IMG/VR virus record: IMGVR_UViG_3300044541_000053
Coordinates: 1-41,931 of that record
DNA length: 41,931 nucleotides
From: a virus
Lineage: Duplodnaviria > Caudoviricetes
Strand: one strand, 5' to 3'
Part shown: positions 1-8,782 of the stretch, in pieces
How the letters are laid out: every line of letters starts with the position of its first letter
Position numbering within the stretch: position 1 is the first letter of the stretch
The notes under the pieces: model-generated
What the model was told of the DNA's origin: nothing
Databases searched by the model: none
Seen by the model: only the letters and a program-made list of their open reading frames with translations
Position numbers and translations under genes: made by a program

Positions 1-113
1 GTAGGGATCGTCTACAACCATCTCTGCTCGAGCGGTGTGCCCACGATTCCCGGGATCTTGCGGCCCTTCGTCACGCCGAGCGTGGGTGCGTACACCGGCG
101 TCACCGCGCAGCA
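1..113. repeat. Terminal direct repeat identical to 41819-41931 (circular overlap)
   Basis: gtagggatcg...accgcgcagca occurs at both ends; an ORF continues in frame across the junction. Confidence 0.97.
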
Positions 114-495
114 GAACGCCGCGGTCATTCCGGTGCCGGCGAATGCGATCGGTCCCAATGGGGCGCTGCGCTTCGAGGCCACCTGGACGGTGCCGAACAA
201 CAGCAACAACAAAACGGTCGGCGCGGCCTTCGGCGGCACCACCTACTTCTCGACCGTGCTCACCACCGTGGTCTTTCAGGCCATTAAAAAGGCGCTCTAC
301 AATCGCGGTGTCGCGAATGCCCAGGTGGGCGATACCGGCACCGGCGGTGCCGGCTCGGGCACGGGCGCGGCGGCGCCGGTCTACGCCAGCATCGACACCA
401 CGATTGCGCAGAACTTTGCGCTTACCAGCCAGCTCGCGACCGCCACCGATTATCTTATTTTGGAAGCCTTCTCGGTTCAGGTCACCACGTCTTAA
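1..495 (+). CDS. 3' part of a Thr/Gly/Ala-rich virion structural protein that starts at 41609 and crosses the junction (234 aa in total)
   Basis: ATG at 41609 is in frame with position 41819 (=1) and with ORF 37..495; uncharged beta-rich composition; virion module. Confidence 0.8.
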   Translation, partial: VGIVYNHLCSSGVPTIPGILRPFVTPSVGAYTGVTAQQNAAVIPVPANAIGPNGALRFEATWTVPNNSNNKTVGAAFGGTTYFSTVLTTVVFQAIKKALYNRGVANAQVGDTGTGGAGSGTGAAAPVYASIDTTIAQNFALTSQLATATDYLILEAFSVQVTTS

Positions 496-540
496 CCGAG
501 GAGGTCACGATCACTTTCTAAGCGAGACGAGGGGACGCGC

Positions 541-2307
541 ATGACTTGGAGACGAGAAGACCCGCAGGGAAACGAGGCCGCCAAGATCTCGTGGGAAATA
601 GTGAAATGGACGCGCGGCCGCGGCCTCGATATCGGCGCGGGCCTGCACCGCACGTTCCCGCACTTCATCACGGTGGATAACAACGCCGACGTGCAGCTCT
701 TCGGCCACCCCATGCCGCGGCCCGACATCCTGGTCGAGGACGGCGGCAAGCTCGAGATGGTGGCGAGTGAATCGATGGACTTCGTCTTCAGCTCGCACAT
801 GCTCGAGCACGTCGAGGAGGACAAGCTGGTCAAGACCCTGAAGGAGTGGTACCGGGTCGTGAAGCCGAACGGGTATCTGGTGCTGTACCTGCCCGATGCC
901 GACGAATATCCCAAGGTGGGCGAGGAGGGTGCCAACCCCGATCACAAGTGGAACGTCCACTACAACCGGGTGATGGAGCTCGCGAACCACGCCTTCAAGA
1001 ACTTCGACCTGATGGATTTCCAGAAACGGAACGCCGATCAGGAGTACTCGCTCTACTTCGTGTTCCAGAAGACGCTGGAGAAGCCGAAGGCCTGGTACCA
1101 CGACCGGCCGCGCACCATCGGCAAAACCTGCGGCTTCGTGCGCTATGGCGCCTACGGCGATCTCATGCAGGCAAGCTCGGTGCTGGCCGCACTCAAGGCC
1201 GAGGGCTACACCATCACGCTCTACACCGCCGATCCCGGCTGGGAAGTGGTCAAGCACGATCCGTCGATCGATGAGTTCTACCTGCAGGGCCGCGGCCAGG
1301 TGCCCGATCAGGCGCTGGGCCCATTTTGGGAGTACCACAGTAAAAAATACGACAAGTGGGTGAATCTCTCGGAGAGCGTCGAGGGCGGCCTGTTGGCGAT
1401 GTCGAATCGCATCGTCGACACCTACGATCCGGCGGTGCGCCACGCGCTCCTCGATCACAACTATCTGGAGTACCAGCACCTGATCGCCGGCGTGAGTCAT
1501 CATCCACCGACGGTGCATTTTTATGCGACGAAAGAGGAGGAGACCTGGGCGAAGCGCGAGCGCCAGGCGTACGGCGAGTTCGTGGTGGTGTGGAGCCTCG
1601 CGGGCTCCTCCGTGCACAAGACCTGGCCCTGGCTCGATAACGCGATTTCGGGTTTGTTGGTCGACTTCCCCGAGGTCCAGGTCGTGCTGGTCGGCGGTGA
1701 GGACGGCGTGATCTTGGAGAAGGGCTGGGAGGAAGCGCCGCGCGTGCACTGCAAGAGCGGCAAGTGGAAGATCCGCGAGACCTTGGCGTTCGTGCAGCAG
1801 GCCGACGTCGTCATCGGTCCGGAGACCGGCGTCATGAATGCGGTCAGCCACGAGGCGATGCCGAAGGTGATCTTCCTGTCGCACTCGACGCAGGAGAACT
1901 TGACCCGCGACTGGGTCAACACCCATTCGCTCGCGAGCTTGGGCACGCACTGCGCCGGCCGCGGCAAGGACGAGGCGCCCGCCTGTCATCGTCTGCATCA
2001 CGGCTGGTCTCGATGTACCGAGGCGGCGCCGGTGCCGGGTACGGAGGATATGTACACCCGCAAGGGCGCGGGCGTCGCGCAGTGCCAGTACGACATCGGC
2101 GCGCAGGATGCCTACAAGGTGATCTGGCACGTGGTGCAGTGGCGCCTCGAGGAGTACGCGAAGCGCGATGGTCGGCCGCCGCCCGGCGTGGCTCAGGTGA
2201 GCGAGGCCGAGCTCGAGCGCACCCGGCAGACGCTGCCGAAGTACTTGACCAACCCCGAGGCGGTGGTCAACGAGGCGAGCAAGCCTAAGTCGGTGATCGA
2301 AGCATGA
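541..2307 (+). CDS. SAM-dependent methyltransferase fused to a glycosyltransferase family 9 (heptosyltransferase-like) domain
   Basis: N-terminal GLDIGAG, DFVFSSHMLEH and EWYRVVKPNGYL; C-terminal RYGAYGDLMQASSVLAALK and ADVVIGPETGVMNAV GT9 motifs; four-Cys cluster near the C-terminus. Confidence 0.88.
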   Translation: MTWRREDPQGNEAAKISWEIVKWTRGRGLDIGAGLHRTFPHFITVDNNADVQLFGHPMPRPDILVEDGGKLEMVASESMDFVFSSHMLEHVEEDKLVKTLKEWYRVVKPNGYLVLYLPDADEYPKVGEEGANPDHKWNVHYNRVMELANHAFKNFDLMDFQKRNADQEYSLYFVFQKTLEKPKAWYHDRPRTIGKTCGFVRYGAYGDLMQASSVLAALKAEGYTITLYTADPGWEVVKHDPSIDEFYLQGRGQVPDQALGPFWEYHSKKYDKWVNLSESVEGGLLAMSNRIVDTYDPAVRHALLDHNYLEYQHLIAGVSHHPPTVHFYATKEEETWAKRERQAYGEFVVVWSLAGSSVHKTWPWLDNAISGLLVDFPEVQVVLVGGEDGVILEKGWEEAPRVHCKSGKWKIRETLAFVQQADVVIGPETGVMNAVSHEAMPKVIFLSHSTQENLTRDWVNTHSLASLGTHCAGRGKDEAPACHRLHHGWSRCTEAAPVPGTEDMYTRKGAGVAQCQYDIGAQDAYKVIWHVVQWRLEEYAKRDGRPPPGVAQVSEAELERTRQTLPKYLTNPEAVVNEASKPKSVIEA

Positions 2308-3308
2308 GCACCTCGGGCACCTACACCTTCTCGATCACTCGCGACGAGCTCGTGCGCGAAATCATGCTCAACCTCGGGCTGCTCGAGGAGAGCGAGGTGC
2401 CGACCGCGCAAGAGGTCACCGACGTCGGCCGCAAGTTGAACCTCATCGTCAAGCAGCTCGCCGGCAATATGGACAAGGCCCCGGGCTTCAAGATGTGGCA
2501 GCGCGAGCGCGGCGATCTCTTCCTCTCGACCACGCAGTTCGCCTACGACTTGAATTCCTCCGGCGCGGCAACCGCGGCGCACTGGGCGGGCAGCACCACC
2601 GGCATCGCGCAACCCAACACCTACAACGTGACCGCACTCACGACCGGCGCGGCCGCCGGCGACACCTCGTTGAACGTGGTCTCGATCGCCAACATCAACA
2701 ACGGCGATTTTATTGGCGTGCAGGGATCGAGCGACATCCTGTGGACCACGGTCAATGGCGTGCCCTCGGGACTCACCGTGCCGATCGCGGCGCTGCCGGG
2801 TGCTGCCATGGCCACGGGCCCCGTCTGGAACTACACCACGCAGGCGCAGCGCCCGGTGGAAGTCGTGACCGCGCTGCTGCGCGACATCAACAACATCGAC
2901 ACGCCGCTCACCCGGATGACGGTCGAGGTGTACGAGTCGCTCTCGAGCAAGGTGGAGCCCGGCTTCATCCAGGATCCGACCGCCTGGTACTACGAGCCGC
3001 GCCTCGTTAATAATTCAGGGCGCCTCTACATCGACTGCGCCGGCGCGCAGGACACCACCAAGCACCTGCACCTCGTGTATCTGCGCCAGGTGCAAGACTT
3101 CAATCTCGCGACCGACAACCCCGACTTCCCGCAGGAGTGGTTCAACCACCTGACCTGGGCGGGATCTCTCGCGTGCCACTCCATGTTCGATGTCGACTGG
3201 CTGCCGGGCATGCAGAAGGCGTTCGAAATCGCCACCAGCTACGCGCGCGAGCAAACCCCGCAGGTCACGCAAGCGTACTTTCAGCCCGAAGACGAGGATG
3301 TGTACTGA
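2304..3308 (+). CDS. Head-tail adaptor, P22 gp4-like, with an inserted beta-rich domain
   Basis: N-terminal TRDELVREIMLNLGLLEESEVPT...LNLIV helical motif; directly upstream of the gp10-like gene; ATGA coupling. Confidence 0.7.
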   Translation: MSTSGTYTFSITRDELVREIMLNLGLLEESEVPTAQEVTDVGRKLNLIVKQLAGNMDKAPGFKMWQRERGDLFLSTTQFAYDLNSSGAATAAHWAGSTTGIAQPNTYNVTALTTGAAAGDTSLNVVSIANINNGDFIGVQGSSDILWTTVNGVPSGLTVPIAALPGAAMATGPVWNYTTQAQRPVEVVTALLRDINNIDTPLTRMTVEVYESLSSKVEPGFIQDPTAWYYEPRLVNNSGRLYIDCAGAQDTTKHLHLVYLRQVQDFNLATDNPDFPQEWFNHLTWAGSLACHSMFDVDWLPGMQKAFEIATSYAREQTPQVTQAYFQPEDEDVY

Positions 3309-4777
3309 TGCAGCCAGTGCCCCTCTTTGGCTCAGGCATCGCGGGCAAATCGTTCGTGGTCACACGCCAGCGGCGCGTGAACTGCTACTACGAGAATCGG
3401 CCGGACGGCGACAAATCGAAGGTCGTGGTGTATGGCTCGCCGGGGCTCAATCTCGCCTTCAACCTGCAGCAGCCGCTCAATCTGCCGCTGCGGGCGATTC
3501 TGGGCGTGAATGAAATCAGCCTCTATGCGGTGCAGAACAACAACTTTCTCTCGCTCGCGGGCAATGGGGGTGTGTTCTTCACCGGTGCCATCAACACCAT
3601 CGCGGGCCTCGCGAGCCTGGCGGTCAATCCCGCGGGCAGCCAAGTGGTGTTGGTCGATGGCTCACAAGGCTGGGTCTATAACGCCAACTTGAATACGTTC
3701 ACGCAGTTGATTCCGGCGACGGTGGGCTGGTTCGTGGATGGCGCGAAGACCGTGACCAATGTGGGTGGCTATTTCTGCTGCGAGATCCCGGGCACCGGCG
3801 AGTTCGGCGTCTCGAACTTGAACGATGCGACCACCGGCTCGGCGCTCTCCTTCGCCACCGCCGCGGCGTACCCGGACATCTGCATCGCGGTGGATAACTT
3901 GAACGGCAACGTCATCCCGTTCGGTAACAACCACATGGAATTCTGGCAGCCGATCGGCACGCCGCCGCCCTCGCAACCCTTCGCGCCGATCCAGTCCGCG
4001 ACCAATAAGTGGGGCCTCGCGGCGGTGTTCAGCCGCGCGCACATCGACCAGGCGCTCTTCTTCCTGGGCAAGACCGAGGCGGGCACGCGGCGGGTGTGCC
4101 GGATCGATGGCTACGTGGTGACACCCGTCTCGGAGGAGATCGACGCCATCATCAATGCCGATGGCTTCGTCTTCACCGATGCGGTCGCCTGTGTCTACCA
4201 GGTCGACAAGCACCCGTTCTATCGCCTCACCTTTCCCACGATGGGCCGCACCTTCGATTTGGACTGTTCGACCGGGATCTTCAATGAAGCCCAGACCGGC
4301 CTCACCACCGGCGCCTATGTGCGGCACACCTCGAACCTCTCGACCTACTACAACGGCCAGACGCTCTTGACCGACTATGCGAACGGCAACGTCTATACCG
4401 CGTCCGTACAGGCCTTCACCGACAACGGCACGCCGGTGCTGCGCGAGGTGATCACGCGCCATCAGTTGAAGGGCTTCAATCGCTTCCGGATCCCGCAGCT
4501 GTATCTCGACATGGAAACGGGCGTCGGCACCTCGAGCGGGCAGGGCGTCAATCCGGTGATCTCGATCGAGTGCAGCAAGGACAACGGCCGCACCTGGTTG
4601 GCGCCGCGGCTGGTGCCGCTCGGGCGCATCGGCAACTACCTCGCACGCGTGAATGCGCGGCGCTTCGGCCAGGCGCGGGTCTTCACCTTTCGCTTTCGCA
4701 TGACCGACCCGGTGAAGTTCGTCATCACCGATGGGGCCACCCGCACCAAGATGAAGAAGCAGGGCGCGCCCGGATGA
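3308..4777 (+). CDS. Tail hub / packaged-DNA stabilisation protein, P22 gp10-like
   Basis: QRRVNCYYE at the N-terminus; LDMETGVG, SKDNGRTW, GNYLARV..RRFGQAR, RMTDPV at the C-terminus; start taken at the TGATG overlap. Confidence 0.88.
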   Translation: MQPVPLFGSGIAGKSFVVTRQRRVNCYYENRPDGDKSKVVVYGSPGLNLAFNLQQPLNLPLRAILGVNEISLYAVQNNNFLSLAGNGGVFFTGAINTIAGLASLAVNPAGSQVVLVDGSQGWVYNANLNTFTQLIPATVGWFVDGAKTVTNVGGYFCCEIPGTGEFGVSNLNDATTGSALSFATAAAYPDICIAVDNLNGNVIPFGNNHMEFWQPIGTPPPSQPFAPIQSATNKWGLAAVFSRAHIDQALFFLGKTEAGTRRVCRIDGYVVTPVSEEIDAIINADGFVFTDAVACVYQVDKHPFYRLTFPTMGRTFDLDCSTGIFNEAQTGLTTGAYVRHTSNLSTYYNGQTLLTDYANGNVYTASVQAFTDNGTPVLREVITRHQLKGFNRFRIPQLYLDMETGVGTSSGQGVNPVISIECSKDNGRTWLAPRLVPLGRIGNYLARVNARRFGQARVFTFRFRMTDPVKFVITDGATRTKMKKQGAPG

Positions 4778-5040
4778 GCTTAGGAGGCGCCCCGTTGCAG
4801 GTGCAGCTCACCCAGAAGGGCGGGCCGACCACGAGCGTGTGGACGGCGTGGTTCTCGGCACTCTTCGGGATCGTGAAGCCGATCGGCACCAATGGCACCA
4901 CCGCGCAACGACCGATCGTCACGCCCAACAACCAGCTCTACATCGGCCAGGGCTACTTCGACACCACCTTGGGCTACATGGTGTGGATCAAGAGTTTGAA
5001 TCCGACCGTGTGGGTGAATGGCGCGGGCGCGGTGGTATGA
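4774..5040 (+). CDS. Small tail protein (tail needle/plug position)
   Basis: ATGA-coupled to the gp10-like gene; WTAWF and GTTAQRP..G..YFDTTLG motifs typical of tail proteins. Confidence 0.6.
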   Translation: MSLGGAPLQVQLTQKGGPTTSVWTAWFSALFGIVKPIGTNGTTAQRPIVTPNNQLYIGQGYFDTTLGYMVWIKSLNPTVWVNGAGAVV

Positions 5041-5723
5041 AAAACTTCCAGCCGCTCTTCGTCTTCGATGTCACGCCGCTACTGCACCAGCTGCAGCGCC
5101 AGCCCGAGCTGTGGAAGGCCGATACTTACCTGCGCGACTATCCGCAAGGCCCGTTCGGCGATACCGATACCGTCTTCCTGCGCTTCCCGCCGGCCTCGGT
5201 CACCGAGCTCGAGCGCGGCGCGCGTGACCAGCACGAGTGCGTGTGGATGGACGGCATCATTCACCTGCCCGCGGCGCGCAAGGCGATCTTCGATCTGATG
5301 GCCAAGGTGGAAGGCGAACGGTTGGGCCGCGTGATGATCAATCGCCTGCAGTGCGGCGGGCGCGTCTTCCCGCACGCCGACACGCCAGTGCACGCGAATT
5401 ACTGGGACCGCTATCACGTGGTGCTGCAGAGCTCGCCGGGCTGCAACTTTCGCTGCGCCGAGGAAACGGTGTATATGCCTCCCGGGCAAGTGTGGTGGTT
5501 TCAGAACGCGCTCGAGCACGAGGTCGTCAACAACGGCTCGATCGAGCGCATCCACATGATCATCGATATTCGTTTGAGTCAGCCGATCGTGGGGCTCACC
5601 CCGACCAAAGTGATGGAGAAGACCGATGGTGCTATTCATGCCGGGCAGCCTACCGGACGGGATCCTATCGGATGCCATCGGGGCCCCGAAGACGCTGCTG
5701 CCGGCGCTGCCACAAAACACTAG
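5037..5723 (+). CDS. Aspartyl/asparaginyl beta-hydroxylase-family 2OG-Fe(II) dioxygenase
   Basis: GRVMINRL..GG.V.PHAD (HxD), RYHVVL, WWFQN..EHEVVN...ERIHMIID. Confidence 0.85.
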   Translation: MKNFQPLFVFDVTPLLHQLQRQPELWKADTYLRDYPQGPFGDTDTVFLRFPPASVTELERGARDQHECVWMDGIIHLPAARKAIFDLMAKVEGERLGRVMINRLQCGGRVFPHADTPVHANYWDRYHVVLQSSPGCNFRCAEETVYMPPGQVWWFQNALEHEVVNNGSIERIHMIIDIRLSQPIVGLTPTKVMEKTDGAIHAGQPTGRDPIGCHRGPEDAAAGAATKH

Positions 5724-5730
5724 CGACGCC

Positions 5731-6213
5731 ATGATCACCGCCCACGTCGAACGGCTGCAGGACACGCTCGAGGAGTTGAAGCCGATGTTCGACCCGCACT
5801 GGCAGGAGCTCGCGCTCGATCAGGACAAGGTGCCCTTGGATCCGCAGTACAACACCTATCTCGTGCGCGAGTCGCTGGGCGAGGTGCTGCTGGTGGTGCT
5901 GCGCGAAGCGGGCAAGGTCATCGGCTACTTCATCGGCTTCGTCGCACCCGGGCTGCACTACAAGACCTGCCTCACGTTGACGATGGATATCTTTTGGCTG
6001 CACCCGAATTACCGCGATGGGGACAGCCTGTCGCAGATGGAAGCCCATATGCTCGCCCTGCAGCTGTTCGAGGCAGTGCGCGAGGAGGCGAAGCGCCGCG
6101 GCGTGCAGCGCGCCTTCTACGGCTCGAAGCTGCACAAAGATGCGAGCCGCGTGTTCGAGGAGCTCGGCATGATCGAAGTGGAGCGTTACTACAGTCAATG
6201 GTTGGGAGAGTGA
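5731..6213 (+). CDS. GNAT-fold acetyltransferase-like protein
   Basis: REAGKVIGYF...LHY...MDIFWLHPNYR and FEELG motifs; typical position before the first ejection gene; a start at 5626 is also possible. Confidence 0.7.
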   Translation: MITAHVERLQDTLEELKPMFDPHWQELALDQDKVPLDPQYNTYLVRESLGEVLLVVLREAGKVIGYFIGFVAPGLHYKTCLTLTMDIFWLHPNYRDGDSLSQMEAHMLALQLFEAVREEAKRRGVQRAFYGSKLHKDASRVFEELGMIEVERYYSQWLGE

Positions 6214-6214
6214 G

Positions 6215-6958
6215 ATGGTTGCAGCAGCAGTTGTTGGAGCGGCAGTCGTTGGAGCGGCGGGTTCGGCCTATGCGGGATCCGAAGCCGCCGGCGCGACCAA
6301 GGACGCCACCAATGCCTCCATCGCCGCAAACCAGAGCGCGCTGGCGCAGCAGACAGCGCTCTCGCAGCCGTATCGAGATCTCGGTACGTCGAACATCCAG
6401 ACCTACCAGAACCTGCTCACCGGTGGCCCCCAGGGTGCAGCCGGAGTCGAGGCCACGCTGCAGAGCATGCCGGGCTACCAAGCCACGTTGAACACCGGTG
6501 TGGAAGCGGCCAAGCGCTCGAGCGCGGCATCCGGCATGAACCTCTCCGGCAACCAGGTCGCGGGCGTCGAAGCGTACGGCGCGCAGCTCGCGGACTCGAC
6601 CTACCAGCAGCAGCTCAACAACCTGCTGCAGCCGATTCAGTTGGGCCAGGCCGCGGCCGCGGGCCAGGCGGCGAACGTGGGCACCTCGGCGAGCAATATC
6701 TCGGGCGCGCTCATCAATCAAGGCAACAACATGGCCAACATTGATGCGAACACCATCGCCGGCATCACCAAGGCCGGGAGCAACGCGACCAATCAGTACT
6801 TGACCTACAACACCCTGCAGGGCCTCAACCATTCGGGCGGTGGTTCGACCCCTGGTGCGGCCACAGGGGCGCCCGGCAATTGGGACGGCTCGATGACGAC
6901 CCCGACGGTCATGCCTACCTACGATGTAAACGCCGCCGCCGCCACCGGCTACGGTTAG
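6215..6958 (+). CDS. DNA ejection/transfer protein, P22 gp7-like
   Basis: Ala/Gly-rich N-terminus; QPY, PGYQ, SAAASG.NLSG motifs; RBS GGGAG. Confidence 0.8.
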   Translation: MVAAAVVGAAVVGAAGSAYAGSEAAGATKDATNASIAANQSALAQQTALSQPYRDLGTSNIQTYQNLLTGGPQGAAGVEATLQSMPGYQATLNTGVEAAKRSSAASGMNLSGNQVAGVEAYGAQLADSTYQQQLNNLLQPIQLGQAAAAGQAANVGTSASNISGALINQGNNMANIDANTIAGITKAGSNATNQYLTYNTLQGLNHSGGGSTPGAATGAPGNWDGSMTTPTVMPTYDVNAAAATGYG

Positions 6959-6967
6959 GAGACGCTC

Positions 6968-8782
6968 ATGGCATTCGACGCCTCGGTCATCGCGGATATC
7001 GGCGGCAACACCCCGGACTTTGTGGGCTCGCAGACCAAGGCCTTGACGCTCGCGGACCTGTACGACACCAACACCTTGAACAAGGGCAAGATCGCCGAGC
7101 AGAAGCAGAGCCAGAGCGACATGACCTACGCCAAACAGATCCTCGCCGGCAAGGATCTCTCTAAGCTCGAGGATCAAAACGCCGCCGTCGCCGAGATCAC
7201 CAAGCGCAGCCCGAAACTCGGCATGGAGCTCATGAAGGGCTTCCAGGAGCAGCAGTCGGGCAAGAACGAGAACGATCTGCAGCAGCTGAAGTTGCACGAG
7301 GCCAAGAACGACATCATGGGCGGCGCGATCGAGCCCTTGAAGGCAAAGCACGATCAGCTCATCCAGCAGCTGCAGCAGCAGAATCCGAAGGCCGATCCGA
7401 AGGCCCTCGAGCAACAGGTCGACCAGGCCATGCGCCAAGACATGTTCGGCGCCATCCAGGGCCTGGTGGGTCAGAAGCTGCCGAACGGGCAACCCGTGCT
7501 CAACGAACAGGACGTCGCTTTCATCAAGCAGAACTTCGCCCAAGGCTACAACCCGCAGGCAGTCGACATGCTGGTGGCGCGCTCGAAGCAGGCGAAGGAA
7601 GCGATCGCGATGAAGTTGAAGGAGCGCGATGCGGACCGCCGGGACAAGGCCGAGCAGAACACCGAGCGGCGTACCGACATCGCGGACCGGCGCGCCGATG
7701 CGCTCGAGCGTCAAGGCGATCGCCGGCTCGATCAGGGGCAAGAGAAGATCGAGCGTACCGCATCGGGCGGCCTCACCCCGAAGACCGCGCAGATGCTCGC
7801 CGAGCAAGCGGCCGCCGGCGACACCACGGCACTGCAGGGATTGAAGCCCGCGGATAAGGTCAAGGTGCGCAACGTCATGGCCGACAACGCGGCGATCGCC
7901 GGCACCACCGGCGCCGACCAGGCGGCGAAGAACGCCGAGTTCGGCGGCATCAAGGCGGGCCAGCGCACGCTCGGGCAGCGTCAAGCGAACATCGACATGG
8001 CGGTGCAGGAAGCACAGAACGTCGAACCGATTCTGCGCGAGGCCTCGAAGTCGGTGCCGCGCGGCAAGTTCACCAGCTGGAACAAGCTCTTCCAGATCGC
8101 GGATGGCGAGGTCTCGGATCCGGATCTCTTGGCGTTCGCGCAAGCCGCCAAGTCCTTCGCCAACATCTACACCCGGGCGACGGTACCGGGCGCGAGTTCA
8201 GTGTTCGATCGCGAAGAGGCGGTCAAGCACCTGCCGATCTACACGAGCGATGAGTCGTTCCAGCGCGTGCTCGATATCATGGATAAGGAAATGGCGGCAG
8301 CGAAGGCCTCGCCGCATCAGGTGCGCCAGGACTTGTCGAACAGCGTGACGGGCAGTGACCGTGCGACCTTGCCGACCAGTCGTCTCGACCTGAGTAAATA
8401 TAAGCCAGATCCAAACGACGCTTCGCTCGATCGCAGAGGCTGGGAAAAACGTGCGGATGGATCTGACAAAGGCTCGGGATACCTCGGATTGCTCAAGCGC
8501 CCGGACGGCAAAGTTTCCTCCGAAATAACTGTCGGCGTAGAGATCAATGGAAAGGAGGTCGATATCCCGACTTTGGTGCCAACTCTCAACCAGAAAGAGG
8601 TTGATTGGCTGCTGAACAATCCGGTCAATGACCCCTCGAAAATTCCAAAAAACATCGTGGATAAGGCCGTTGCACACGCGAAGCAGCGCATGGCCAAGGG
8701 TCAGGGCGTATTCGCGGATTCATCCGGGGGAACTGCTGCGGCCGCACCGAAGGTCATCAGCTGGAATGACCTACCGAACTAA
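6968..8782 (+). CDS. DNA ejection protein (gp20 position), Gln-rich coiled coil with a distinct C-terminal domain
   Basis: Second of three consecutive large helical ORFs; RBS AGGAG. Confidence 0.65.
   Translation: MAFDASVIADIGGNTPDFVGSQTKALTLADLYDTNTLNKGKIAEQKQSQSDMTYAKQILAGKDLSKLEDQNAAVAEITKRSPKLGMELMKGFQEQQSGKNENDLQQLKLHEAKNDIMGGAIEPLKAKHDQLIQQLQQQNPKADPKALEQQVDQAMRQDMFGAIQGLVGQKLPNGQPVLNEQDVAFIKQNFAQGYNPQAVDMLVARSKQAKEAIAMKLKERDADRRDKAEQNTERRTDIADRRADALERQGDRRLDQGQEKIERTASGGLTPKTAQMLAEQAAAGDTTALQGLKPADKVKVRNVMADNAAIAGTTGADQAAKNAEFGGIKAGQRTLGQRQANIDMAVQEAQNVEPILREASKSVPRGKFTSWNKLFQIADGEVSDPDLLAFAQAAKSFANIYTRATVPGASSVFDREEAVKHLPIYTSDESFQRVLDIMDKEMAAAKASPHQVRQDLSNSVTGSDRATLPTSRLDLSKYKPDPNDASLDRRGWEKRADGSDKGSGYLGLLKRPDGKVSSEITVGVEINGKEVDIPTLVPTLNQKEVDWLLNNPVNDPSKIPKNIVDKAVAHAKQRMAKGQGVFADSSGGTAAAAPKVISWNDLPN

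Noticed and set aside
511-8143. Long minus-strand ORFs (511-2130, 5972-8143; likewise 31633-33210 and 38527-39576)
   Set aside because: They are antisense shadows of GC3-biased genes, with no motifs or RBS.
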